A stretch of DNA of 63,398 bases, counting the filler, from Trichodelitschia bisporula (Eukaryota): assembly GCA_010356995.1 (NCBI GenBank). It is 6 parts of 4 records of this genome, joined end to end, with 100 filler letters (N's around TTAATTAATTAA, not from the genome) between each part and the next. Parts side by side here need not be neighbours in the genome. Positions count along the whole stretch, not along the records: positions 1 to 18,279 come from ML996699.1; 5 more parts are not named here. One strand, given 5' to 3'. Shown here piece by piece: positions 1 to 12,289 of this stretch. The position numbers and the translations under genes are program-made. Below the pieces are notes generated by a model. It was not told the DNA's origin and did not search any database. It saw nothing but the letters and a program-made list of their open reading frames with translations. How positions within the stretch are numbered: the first letter of the stretch is position 1; each line of letters starts with the position of its first letter.

Positions 1-3000
1 AGATGCTAGGAGCGGCGGCAAACTGTTCGACACTGATCGAGCTAGGTAAAAGACTCGAGCTGCTCTCCTCGCTCGCGCTGCCGGAAACGCTGGCAAGGAA
101 ACCGGCATCGTTGAAACTCGCGCTGGGGCTGACCGAGATGCTGGAAGCGGCGGCAGCCTGTTCGACGCTGATCGAACTAGGCAAGAGATTCAAGCTGCTC
201 TCCTCACTCACACTGCCCGAAACGCTCGCAGAGACTTCGTTGATATTCGCACTAGGGCTGGCTGAGATGCTCGGAGCAGCGGCTGAGAGTTCAACGCTGA
301 TGGAACTAGGCAATAGACTCGAGCTGCTCTCTTCGCTCGCGCTGCCCGAAATACTGGCAATAACAAAGCCTTCGGCGTTGAAACTAGGGCTCGCTGAGTT
401 GCTCGGGGCAGCTGCAGAGGGCTCACCACTGAAGGAGCTCGGAAATAGACTTGAGCTGCTCTCCTCACTCGCGCTTTGGGAGACGGCAAAGCCGGCCGCA
501 TTGACGCTGGGGCTGGCGGAGATGGCAAAGCCGGCCGCATCGGAGCTGAGGCTGGGGCTAGCTGCGATGCTGGAGGCGAAGGCAAGGCTACTGCTGCTCT
601 CCCCGATATTGAACGCGAAATCCAAGCCAACGGGGCTCGACGTGGCACTTGGGGAGGGCGCCGCATTGAAAAAGCCAGCACCAGAGCTGGTACGGCTGCT
701 CGAGATGAAGGAACTGTTTGGGACGGTCGAGAAGGAGCTGCTGCGGACGCTTGACGTGACGGAACTGGAGTGGGTGCTAGAGGCAACCGAGCTGGATACG
801 ATTGAGCTGGAGCGTGTGCTGGAGGCGACCGAGCTCGAGCGGATGCTAGACGTGACCGAGCTGGACGCGACAGAGCTGGAGCGTACGCTGGAGGCGATCG
901 AACTTAAGGCGGCCGAGCTAGAGCGGATGCTGGAGGCAACTGAGCTAGAGGCAACTAAGCTAGAGCGAATGCTAGAGACGACCGAACTGGAGGCAACTGA
1001 GCTCGAGCGGATGCTCGACGCGACCGAGCTGGACGCGACAGAGCTGGAGCGTACACTGGAGGCGACCGAGTTAGACGCGACCGAGCTGGAGCGGATGCTG
1101 GAGGCAGCCGAGCTGGATCGTACACTGGAAGTGACCGAGCTGGAGCGTACGCTGCTGAGCAAGCTCGATGATTGCACCGAGCTCGAGGGCTTTGCGCTAC
1201 TGAGTACGCTAGATGACAGAACAGAGCTCGATACGCGAATGGTGGACGACTGCACTGAGCTGGAGCGGATGCTGCTCGCGAAGCTCGATGATGGAACCGA
1301 GCTTGAGCGTACACTGCTAGAAAGGCTCGAAGACTTCACGGAGCTGGATACGGCTGCGCTGCTTGAAGGCAGGACGGAGCTTGAAGGGCGCGCACTGCTC
1401 GAGAGGCTTGAAGATAGAACCGAGCTGGACGGGGGCACGCTGCTCGAGAAGCTTGAAGATAGAGCCGAGCTGGATGGACGCGCACTGCTCGAGAAGCTTG
1501 ACGACAGNNNNNNNNNNNNNNNNNNNNNNNNNNNNNNNNNNNNNNNNNNNNNNNNNNNNNNNNNNNNNNNNNNNNNNNNNNNNNNNNNNNNNNNNNNNNN
1601 NNNNNNNNNNNNNNNNNNNNNNNNNNNNNNNNNNNNNNNNNNNNNNNNNNNNNNNNNNNNNNNNNNNNNNNNNNNNNNNNNNNNNNNNNNNNNNNNNNNN
1701 NNNNNNNNNNNNNNNNNNNNNNNNNNNNNNNNNNNNNNNNNNNNNNNNNNNNNNNNNNNNNNNNNNNNNNNNNNNNNNNNNNNNNNNNNNNNNNNNNNNN
1801 NNNNNNNNNNNNNNNNNNNNNNNNNNNNNNNNNNNNNNNNNNNNNNNNNNNNNNNNNNNNNNNNNNNNNNNNNNNNNNNNNNNNNNNNNNNNNNNNNNNN
1901 NNNNNNNNNNNNNNNNNNNNNNNNNNNNNNNNNNNNNNNNNNNNNNNNNNNNNNNNNNNNNNNNNNNNNNNNNNNNNNNNNNNNNNNNNNNNNNNNNNNN
2001 NNNNNNNNNNNNNNNNNNNNNNNNNNNNNNNNNNNNNNNNNNNNNNNNNNNNNNNNNNNNNNNNNNNNNNNNNNNNNNNNNNNNNNNNNNNNNNNNNNNN
2101 NNNNNNNNNNNNNNNNNNNNNNNNNNNNNNNNNNNNNNNNNNNNNNNNNNNNNNNNNNNNNNNNNNNNNNNNNNNNNNNNNNNNNNNNNNNNNNNNNNNN
2201 NNNNNNNNNNNNNNNNNNNNNNNNNNNNNNNNNNNNNNNNNNNNNNNNNNNNNNNNNNNNNNNNNNNNNNNNNNNNNNNNNNNNNNNNNNNNNNNNNNNN
2301 NNNNNNNNNNNNNNNNNNNNNNNNNNNNNNNNNNNNNNNNNNNNNNNNNNNNNNNNNNNNNNNNNNNNNNNNNNNNNNNNNNNNNNNNNNNNNNNNNNNN
2401 NNNNNNNNNNNNNNNNNNNNNNNNNNNNNNNNNNNNNNNNNNNNNNNNNNNNNNNNNNNNNNNNNNNNNNNNNNNNNNNNNNNCCGAGCTTGAGGGGCGC
2501 GCACTGCTCGAGAGGCTTGACGACAGAGCCGAGCTGGAGACTTGAACACTGGACGACCGGAGCGAGCTGGAGACCTGAACACTGGACGACTGGAGAGAGC
2601 TGGAGACCTGAGCACTGGACGACAGGATCGAACTGGACCCCCGCGCGCTACTGGAAATGGTGGAAGATTGTACCGAGCTTGACCGTATGCTACTCGCAAC
2701 GCTAGAAGACAGGACCGAGCTTGATTGTATGCTACTCGCAACGCTAGAGGACAGAACCGAGCTTGACCGTGAGATGCTCGGAGCGCTCGAGGACTGGGCG
2801 GAACTGGACGCGAGCGGGCTGCTCAGGATGCTTGATGAGCGAGCCGAGCTGGACAAGGCTATGGTCGAAGACTGGACTGAGCTCGAGACGTGTATGCTGC
2901 TGGAAAACGTCGATGACTGGACCGAGCTGGACCGTACGCTGCTCGCGAAGCTGGAAGACTGGACTGAGCTGGAGGGGCGTATGCTGCTGGAGAAGCTTGA

Positions 3001-3540
3001 CGAGGGAGCCGAACTGGAGGGCGAACTGCTAGCGACGCTCGACGACCGGACGGAGCTGGAAACGATGATGCTGCTCGGCTGACTGGACGACGGGGCAGAG
3101 CTGGAGCGCGAGCTGCTGAGAAGGCTGGACGACAGGGCCGAGCTCGAGAGCCGGATGCTGCTAGATAAGCTGGACGACAGAGCCGAGCTCGACAGCTGGA
3201 TGCTGCTAGAGAAGCCGGACGACGAAGCCGAGCTCGACCGGGCACTGCTAGACGGCAGGGCCGAGCTGGAAAAGCGTGTGCTGCTGGGGAAGCTGGACGA
3301 AGGTGCCTGAGACGAAAGAGGGGACGCGCTGCTGAATCTTGGGACCACGGTGTTGACCACTGTGGGGTTTACGGTGTTGACGGTATTAACGACGGTGTTG
3401 ACAAAAACGACGGTATTAACAAGAGGCGTAAGGGTTGAGCTGGTGGTGCTCAGGAGGGCGAGGCGGGAGCTGCTGGCCGCCGCCTGCGCCGCGACGACTT
3501 GGTTGACGAGGTTCGTCAGGGCAGAAATGAGCGCGCCCAT
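1..3540 (-). CDS. Very Ser-rich, mucin/adhesin-like repetitive protein; interrupted by an N gap (1508-2483) and running off the left edge of the window
   Basis: Minus ORF from ATG 3540 (MGALISALTNLVNQVVAAQAAASSSR...) becomes SSS(V/A)xSS repeats. The minus strand of 1-1507 continues the same pattern (SSVRSSSVASSS; SGSASEESSSSLLPSSISVE repeats). An upstream exon is possible (CACGTAG acceptor-like site just 5' of the ATG). Confidence 0.7.
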
Positions 3541-6500
3541 CGCGAAAGAGAGATTGGGGTAAGACCGCTACGTGAAAGACAGACTGAAGACGAAGCTTGA
3601 AGGAGAAATCGACTTGTCGCCGTGCGCTTGGGAGCGGTGCCATAATTACAGTTCAGAGGTCGGCTAGCACGTAATGGCATGTTGACTCCCTCTTCCGCCG
3701 AAGGCGTGCAGTGGTGGCTATGATGCCTTCGGTTGCTTGCCATGCAAGAGTGTTGATGATGAGCGAATGAAAATACAGCAGCTTGCTTGGAGGCGTATTG
3801 GTGGTGGGTTAAACATCACGACTTTGCACCGAAGGGGCGTGGACGACGACCGTACCTGCGCTAGCGGGGTACCGTAGTACTGTTCGGCAGGAGTTCGACC
3901 CCTGCATCCGATCTGGTGGTCTGGATTCTCCTCGTGGCCAGGCCTCGACTGCCAGGCCTGGACTTTCGGCCTTGCCCGGCCATGCCTAAAAAGGGGCTAA
4001 AGCTTCGCGTGTGCGTGTAGAAGCGCGAGGCGTTACTAGATTCGGCCTGGGGCGGGCGCCACTGGCATGTTCAGCCGCTAGGGCTGAACAAGGCCAGCTG
4101 GGAACACGGGGCATACCGTACATACCTCCGTAAGCGATCGAAGTTGCGATACTGCGTCGAAATCGCGAGCCGCGCTGTTGTCCGCGTCAGATCCCGAAAT
4201 AAAAATGCCAGAAGGCTTCAAGAATTGATGAAGCAGGTCCAAATCCAAGTACGCGTCGAGCCGGCCACTGTGTTCGTCCTTGTCGAGATCAATGGCCAGT
4301 TCCTGCTTGAACACGAACTGAGAAGTACAACAGGAGCACAGGGGTTAAGGGAACACCGGAGAAAGGTAGATAGCGATAATGAAATTTCTAAATGCCGTTG
4401 ACGAAGACCCGCGTTTGCGGGTACACGCGCCGTGCAAAGGGAAGAATGGCGCTTCGACAGGCGCTCTTTGAAAGTGCTTGGCTGAAGCCTTGCAGGTGGC
4501 GTCCAGGGCGAGGGCGTGCCGGATGCTCTGGAATCAGCTGAATTCAACCACGCCGCAAACGCCAGTTACTAAGCCTAGAATGGTCATTTCGATCGATGAA
4601 ACGCCTGATGTCGCAAACATAAGCCGGCCTAAAGCCGAATGAACCGCATCTCTTCGAGCTTGATGATGTAAAGCCGCTTTGTCAAGGCATGGCCGAACGG
4701 CATGACGTCGGCACCTGGTGCCAACAAAAGGTAGGCAAAGCGACCGGACACATCGCCTGGCGTTGGCTTCGAAGTAACAAACGAAGCGCGGGTGGGGATA
4801 TGTTCGAGAGGTGGGAAGAATTCCGATGGCAGAGCACCCCGCTAGCGATTCGGGACTGCGGTGTTGGAAACATGCCTCAATAACCAATTGACTATGCTTC
4901 AAGATGTTGTGGTCGGACCAGCAAGCTTTCAGTGACATGGGTCGGACTTCGCTAAGGATTGAGAACGCATGCCAATGGAGAAGGAGGGCTCATGGGACAC
5001 CAAGACGCAAAATACGACGCGAGAGGCTCGGGCCGGACCGTAGGAGGCCCCCATCCGTTGCAGACAGCGTGAACAAATCGAAGCATCCATAAGTGTACCG
5101 ATCTCGTGTGCCCGCGCGCGACAATCTCCGTACCATCGCTCTCTTGTTCTCCATGCCGTTGCCCTCTTGTATTCCGTCCCGCTTGCTTTGTAGCATCTAG
5201 TGGATGATGCTCATGCCACGGCGAGGATAAATCTCCGGCAAACATCTCCAATCGGGAACAAGTGTGGAGACGGTGCCGAGGAGACAGTCCCCTCTACGGT
5301 CGAAGGGCTTCATAGAGGGATCTACGGTCCGTAGTGAGGTTTGAAGCGTTAGGATAGCGACTGGGAGCAAGCTTTGCACCCTGGCGTGCCTGGCTCGCTG
5401 CTGGTCAGCAGCAATGGTGTCGGTGATGCGCTCTCAAGCTGAACGGTAGGTCGGGCTTTCATTTCGCACGCTAGCTGCGTGGAAGGTGAGCCGACGGAAT
5501 AGTAACGGTGCACATCGTGAAAAGAGAAGGATTAACTGTGGCAAGAGGCTAGCGGTCGTCATAGAGGACTAGAAAGTTGGTGAAGTGGAGAGATGCGCAG
5601 TCGAGAGAAGCGTGGAATGCTAAGAAGCTCAAGTAATGTTGGTGTTCTTCAGCCAAGCACTGTACCGAAGCCCGTGCGGGCGGGTCTTCTCCCGACGCGC
5701 GGGGCACCGGGCGCCGAGTACCCAGGACTCAAAAACGTTGACGATGGCCGACGTCTTGAAGCTTAGCAAGCCAGCCGATGCATGGTCCAACTGCATTTTT
5801 GACGACCCAATCCTGGAGGAAGGCCTCTGTCGTTGGTTTATGAGTGCGTAGGCGAGGCCTTCTATCGAGTTCACAGGTGTCCAGGCCAACATGTTCAAGG
5901 ACTTCCGTGAGATTGACACGGAACCTGCAACTCCTCAGCATGCGGAGACATTCCCCTCCGGCCTGGATCTATCAGAGGGGTAAGCGGGAATAGGTGGCCA
6001 GCATATGCGCGCATGCAGCCCAGCCGATCAGAAGCTGATAACAGATGAGTTGAATTTTTTAGGAGCCGTCCCCTTGATGCAAGCAGCATCAAGCATTCCT
6101 TTCGTTTTTGTTGAAGTAGTTACTGCGCCATTCAGCCTTGCCCCTGACGTCCTTAACCTCGCAAGAGATGGCCAGTCGCAGTGGACCATTGCCGTAGCCT
6201 TGCCGCTGATCCCGCTTTTCCCAGCGTCGGAGCCTCGAGCTCTACATGCACGAAATAGGGACAAGATATGAGGCCATGAGCAGGCAACACATTGCTGGGC
6301 TACTACAACGGCGGCGAGAATGTTTGCTTAAAGCCGTTCTTCGCGACAGACCTGGATAACTCCAGTGTGAAGAGATATATCAGTCTTCACTTCCCGGCCA
6401 TAAAAAAACATCCAGGACGTCCAGTGAAGAGTGAAAGGCTTTGGATCCCATCGGGCATAGCTTCGAACAAGATACTAGCCCCGGCGAGTTGAAGGGGACA

Positions 6501-6712
6501 TTACTGTCAAGCTAGCTCAAAGGACGAACGGGCAATGAAAGTAGACACCGGGAAGAGGGTGGATTGGACGAGGCGAGAATGCTGGGACGATCGGCACGGA
6601 TCGTAGACCGCACACCACCTCGTCGACAAAGAAATATGTTCAGCAAAGCGTACGCACTGTAAAGGCCAAAGTGAGTATTCATCCCACGCAGCTTGGGACC
6701 CATGTTCACACA

Positions 6713-7552
6713 TCAAGCCTTAACCCACTCATCAAACCACCGGATCGCCTGCAAAAACGCCCCCTCCTTTGCAAACCGCTTCTTCTTGTCCGTCACCTCT
6801 CCCCTAACCGCAAACCCATGCTCAACACCACTATACAGCGTCACCTGATACGGCACCGCCTTCCCCTTAAGCACATCCTCCGCCTCGTGCCTCTTAGCCG
6901 CCGGAAACGCACTATCCGTTTCTATACTGTCAGCGCCGCTTCCAATCGAGGAGTCACATACCAGCCGCCGCGACACTCACAGCCCCAGAAACACTCTCCC
7001 ACTCCCCTTTCTCCACCCCACTTGGATGCGCCAGGAAACCCGCATCGACCCCGCGGCCCTTCGCCAAAAACCTCACCACATACCGCCCACCAAAGCAATA
7101 CCCAACCGCCCCAATCTGCTTTACGCCCATATCACGTAGGCCTTTCACTGCCGCCTCAATCACTCCATCCGTGGCCTGCGGTGTATGCCGCGCGCTCCAC
7201 GCCGTCTGGTTAAACCCCGGCGCCGGAACCGCGGTCCTTGGGTCGCCGAGCAGGATATCGGGCATGGCGACGAGATACCCGGCCCGGGCCATGGAGTCGG
7301 CGACGAGACGCGAGGCCGGGACGTCGATGCCGAAGATGTCGGGTAGGAAGAGGATGGCGTGCGTGGATGCGTTGTTCGGTGCGGGCGACATGTAGGTACG
7401 GACTGGAGGTTAGCGGGGTGAGGATGCGGAGAGGGGCACGTACCGCCGCCGAGGGTGCGGACCGAGCCTGATGGCTCGCCGGAGTTGATGAGTCCGGAGG
7501 GGCAGCTTGCTAGGGCCGCGAACGGAAGGGTGAGGGCCAGGAGGGCGCGCAT
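6713..7552 (-). CDS. Secreted dienelactone hydrolase family protein (alpha/beta hydrolase), 3 exons
   Basis: Signal-like MRALLALTLPFAALA; motifs PDIFG, GYCFGG (nucleophile Cys), AHP, ETD, HGFAVRG. Introns 7403-7443 (GTACGT..GCTAAC..CAG) and 6922-6961 (GTATGT..GCTGAC..TAG) restore one frame. Confidence 0.9.
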
Positions 7553-7610
7553 TTTGCCTGTTAAACTTGTTAAGCGATTGTGCTGTCAAACGATTGTGTA
7601 CGGGCTGGAC

Positions 7611-7699
7611 GAGCGACGTGATGAGCGACCGGCAGGAACGAGTGACGTGATGAGCGATCGGCAAGGAACGAGCGACGTAATGAGCGACCGACGGGAAGG
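7611..7699. repeat. Three imperfect ~29-30 bp tandem repeats in the hydrolase promoter region
   Basis: GAGCGACGTGATGAGCGACCGGCAGGAAC-like unit x3, just upstream of ATG 7552. Confidence 0.75.
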
Positions 7700-7897
7700 A
7701 GTAACCTTTGAACAAGCAATCGAGGGCAGGAAGAGTGCAGCATATATGGAAGTCGTCATAGTTTCATCTTAAGCGCGGCCGTTCAGACACAACCCCAGCG
7801 GGGAACGGGAAAATCAATCTAATAACAAAGCCGCTTATCAATTCTACATACATGTACCGCATCCCAAAAACCCGTCTACCGAGCGCCTGGTATCATA

Positions 7898-9739
7898 TCA
7901 CTTCCACTCTGCCATAAACCCTTCGTGGAAGCTCACCATCCGCTCCACCCAATCGGTGCCGGGCGCGAGGAATGTTGTCCGGAAGTGCAGCGTGCCCTCC
8001 TTTTGCCCAAAGCCGGAGCCGGGCACGACGCAGATGCCTGTCGCGTCGAGTAGGCGCAGACAGTAGAACTCATCTGGCGTGTGGTTTTCCGCAGCGGCGG
8101 CCTCGTGGGCGCGCGACGGTAGCGTAATGGTCGGGTACAGGTACATGGAGCCCTGCGGCTCCTGGCAGTGCACGCCCTCCATGCGCTTGAAGGCCTCGTA
8201 CAGCGCAAGCGCGCGCTTGTGCAGACCCTCGAAAATGGAGTCGTACTCCTGCTTGTACAGCGGGTAGCTCGGCTCGCCCTCGCGCGGTGGGTTCACCATG
8301 CACTCGACGATGCACTGTCCGACCACCGGCGGACATAGCTGGATACTGACGAACTTGTAGATCTGCGCAACGACCTCCGGGTCGAAACCGACGAGCTCGA
8401 AGTAGCCACCGCGATGACCGCACTCGCCGACCATGCCCTTGCTGATGCTGTGCAGCGACGCCAGCTCGACGGTGTCGTATATGCCCGGGTTCGCGGCCTG
8501 CAGCTCGCTCAGGCTCTTCTTGAAGCTGGTGAACTCGCCGACGAAGACGTTCGTCTGGTAGACTTCGTCCGCGATAACGACGAGCTTCTCCTCAGCGGCG
8601 AAGCGCAGCACATCCTGCACCTCGGCGGCCGTCAGCGTCCCGCCGGTCGGGTTGCCGGGATTGATGACGGCGATGGCACGGACGTCGGTGCCATCGGCAC
8701 GCGCCTTGGTCAGCGCGTCGCGGATGGAGTCCAGGTTCGTGCCCCACGCCTTCGCCTCGTCGAGGTAGTATGGCACACAGCGCGCGTTGAGGACGGCGAG
8801 GGTGGCGGTGTAGAGAGGATACTGCGGGATGGGAATGAGCACGCCGGTTTCGGGGGTGGCGCAAATGACGTGCAGCAGCGTGTTGACGCCGGACGAGGCT
8901 CCAGTTGAGAGGTAAATGGTGGAAGGGTCGGCGGGGTAGCCGTCGCGGCCTGGAGCAGTCAGTGACGTAAGAAAAGATACGAAAGGGTCAGCGCACGTTC
9001 GATGAACTTGGCCACGCTCGCGCGAATGCCCGGTGCGCCCATGCTCAAGCTGTACGCGCCGACGCTCTGCACCTCGCGCAACAGACGGCGCGCGCGCGCG
9101 AGTACGTCGGACTGATAGCCCAGCTGGTTAAGCAGCACATCCTCGTGCTCGAGCAGCGCGGGGTTCTCAAGTAGACTCGCGACCTGACGGAAGAAGGTTA
9201 TGGGCTTCTGATCGAGCTGCTGCGGGTTGCCGATGTTGGCGGCGATGACTGTGTCGAACGGCAGGTCCTTGCCGTGGCCGAGGGCGAGCGCCGAACGGTA
9301 CTCCTCCGCCTTGATAGGGATCTCGCCGCGCACGGCATACTTGGCCGCCTTGACGTGCGGGTTGATGTTGGCGAGGTTAAGGGCACGAGAGGCGTTGGAC
9401 GACATGGCGCGGATGGATGCCGGGGAAATGATTGTCGGGGGAGAAGTTGGGGATCCTAGGGAAGGCAAGGTGGATATCGATATCGGCGTGAAGGTGCGGG
9501 GTCGTACTCGTAGTGCAGCGGCTAGAATTAATATCAGCAAGCGCTCTTTCGATAACCCACCCGCGGTTGCTTTTTCACCCATCAATTGCCAGTCGCGCCG
9601 ACCCAATGAGGCAAAAGACGCAGTGCCACCTGCAGCAGAAGAGAAGAATCTTCATACCTCGCGACTTCAGGCTGCGCGCAGTTGCGTGCGGCGATCGCCA
9701 ACCGGGAGGTCTGCAGACACGACGGGGGATAGCCTGCAT
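7898..9739 (-). CDS. ALT1: Alanine aminotransferase (PLP-dependent, class I) with a putative N-terminal mitochondrial presequence, 3 exons
   Basis: Motifs YAVRGE, ANIGNPQQLDQKPITFFRQV, INPGNPTG, ADEVYQ, SLHSISKG (PLP Lys), GECGHRGGY, VPGSGFGQ. Introns 9522-9657 and 8950-8996; internal ATG at 9405 (MSSNAS). Confidence 0.93.
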
Positions 9740-10263
9740 GTTTGCTTTGGGTTTATCGCAAGTCGCAGGGGTGGGGGCGGGAATTGGGCGTGCGTGGGAG
9801 TGGTGGCCAGAGGTGGTGTGTAATCGGGTCGAAGAGTGGGATGGTGGGGAGTGGGGAGCAAGTGTAGTGGAGGAAGTGGAAACATTTTGACTATCTGTGG
9901 GCTCGGGGGAGAGGGAGAAGCGGACGAACGCACCTAAACCCTTTGATTTCGTGATGTTTGCGCTGTTTGTTTACAATGACGTACTCGATATGCTCGAGAT
10001 GCTCGAGATGTCGGCAATGCTGAAGATATTCAACAGTTGGGCTCAAGACACAGTTTCATAGTACTGCGTAGATACTTCCCAGCAGACCACAGCAGACCAC
10101 AGCAGACAAGCTCACAAAAGGCAGTTCCCGGCACACACTTGACGGCAAATCAAGCATTTAGTCTGTTCTACCGCGAGCCCGGCTTCATACGCTATCGACG
10201 GGACGCTTCCACCGAACCCACCGGCCGCATCCGACCTTCCCCGGATCTCCCCCTTCCTCCCAC

Positions 10264-11800
10264 TTATCCCCGCTCACTCCCCCGCAGTCGCACGGCCTGG
10301 CCGTACTTTTGCAGTTTCGTAATGAGATGATCCCCCTGCCGCACCACGTCGTTGTACTGCTTGTTCTTGTCGTCCGGCCGGTTCGTCTCGATGATCTCAT
10401 TGACGCGGTCGATGGTGCACGGAACGCGCGCCGTCGCGATGAAGTTGGACAGGTCCCTAGCCAATTAGCAAAGGCCCACAAGAGAAAATTGTAGAAAACT
10501 CACTTGTCGAGAAAGTCGACGCTAACCCCAAAGTCGGCAGCCATGCTCGCCAGGCCCACCACGCGGTAGCTCTGTAGCAGCTGCTGGTATCCCCGCAGGC
10601 GCATCTCCCGCACGAACCACCGCCGGTGCTCGAACAGGTAGCGGTCCTGCGTCAGGAATGAGTCCTCGACCAGCGCGAGCGCACCAAAGTACGACTTGTA
10701 GTTGCCGGTGTACAGACTGCGCACCAGATCCGCGAGCGGCTTGAAGTCGACTGCCACCTGGTCAGCCTCCGCTGCCGACGAGCCGAGCGCCGTCAGGTTG
10801 ACCACCACAGGCACGTCGGGCATCTCCTCATCGCCCGCCGACGGCCCCGCTGAGAGTTGGCCGCTCAGCGCCGACAGCTTGTCGTCGCCGTCGCCGAGTA
10901 TCGCCTTGATCTCCGGCGCGTCGACGACCTTGGACTTGAAGTCGACACGCTTCAACGACACCGAACCCGCCAGGACTGCGTACACCACCAGCGACGAGTA
11001 GTTGCACAGCTCGTAGCTCGTGAACGTGGACAGACTGTCCAACAGCAGCGGCGCGGCGGCCGCGTACGAGCGAACTGTCAGCAGGTGCAGGCCCTGGTAT
11101 GCCTTGAGCCGGTTGCGGCGGTCCCAGTCGCCGCCACTCTCGACGAGCGCACCTGCCCGCTCCACCGTCTTCTTGACGAGCACTTTGTCGCCGTAGAAGA
11201 GCCCGATGCGAATCATGGCGAGTACGAGGTCAATCTTGGTGCCGAGGATACCCGTCTTCTCGAAGATGGACTCGTACGCAGCCAGGGCGTTTTCCTGTGA
11301 GGTTAGCAATGTCAACGTCCCACGTCCAGCCTGCAACCCACCTTGTCGCCGATGCGTGCCCAAAACTCGGCGCGCTTGACGCGCGCCGCCTGAATCTCCG
11401 TCTCGCCGGCCTTTTCAACCGCATCGTCCTCCTCCTTCTGGATCGCTTCCAATTCTGCCTCGTTGTCCGCCTTCAGCTCTTCGTAGATGGATTGATCCCA
11501 CGGCAGCGCAAGGCTCGCCGATGGGGGCCGCGTGGCGAGCATGGCGGCGCTGCTAGACGGACGCCGCGTGCCACTGCTCTGCGGCTGCTCTTTGGTGCCC
11601 TCGCCGGCGCTGTTGAAAAGGCCGTCTATGGGGTCGGCGAGGTAGCGGTACAGCGGCGCCATCTTGTGCTCGCGGATGGCATCTTGCAGCGCCTTCTTCG
11701 ACGCCCGCTGCTGCGGACGTGGGCACGCAGGATTGGAAATGTGGAAGATGTGCTGAGCGAGCGAGAGGTCAGGGTACTTGGAGAACTGCGGGTCGGCCAT
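10264..11800 (-). CDS. RPN7: 26S proteasome lid subunit Rpn7 (PCI domain), 3 exons
   Basis: MAPLYRYL, GGDWDRRNRLKAY, LLLDSLSTFTSYEL, REMRLRGYQQLLQSYRVV, ETNRPDDKNKQY. Introns 11295-11341 and 10457-10503. Confidence 0.95.
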
Positions 11801-12289
11801 GGCAGGGAGCGAGACGGTATGGGGTACAGAAGATGGAGTGGTGTGCCGGACGGGAGACGGAGCCGCGTGCAGAAGGGAGATGGAGTTTGATGGAGTTGGA
11901 AAGTGTAAGGTGTAGTTCTAGTTTGGAGTCTCGAGGAGCTTGAGCTCTGGTGCTCGCTGTTTGCCTGCCGCGCACTGACGCCTTGGCGCTGCGGTTGTGA
12001 CTTCGGACAACTTCACAATGAACACCATGTATCGCAAGCACTCTACCACCACCACTCTCAGTATCGCCGTCACCACGTTTCTCACTTGCTTTTTCCATCT
12101 TATACATACCAGTAGTCGAGTCAGAGGTGGCTGTGAGGTCATCGTCAAGGAACGGTAACGACAGGCTGCACATTCCCAACCCAGAGACACCCGGGGATTC
12201 CGTGGGCCAGCTACAACAACCCAAGTGACTACACCGTCATCGGACATTTCGCCTTCTCGCTCTCTCTTAAACACGCGCATACACCTACA

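Noticed and set aside
3..2705. 900-aa plus-strand Leu/Glu-rich ORF
   Set aside because: Antisense shadow of the Ser-rich gene (ELE/LD patterns are reverse complements of Ser codons), inflated by Ns.
4078..6492. Short protein-like ORFs (e.g. 4078-4314 minus, 5636-6492 plus)
   Set aside because: May be a decayed gene, but no recognisable motif or consistent splice model.
11801..12289. Rpn4/PACE site in the RPN7-ABD1 divergent promoter
   Set aside because: Only a partial GGTGGC core (~12126); insufficient to call.
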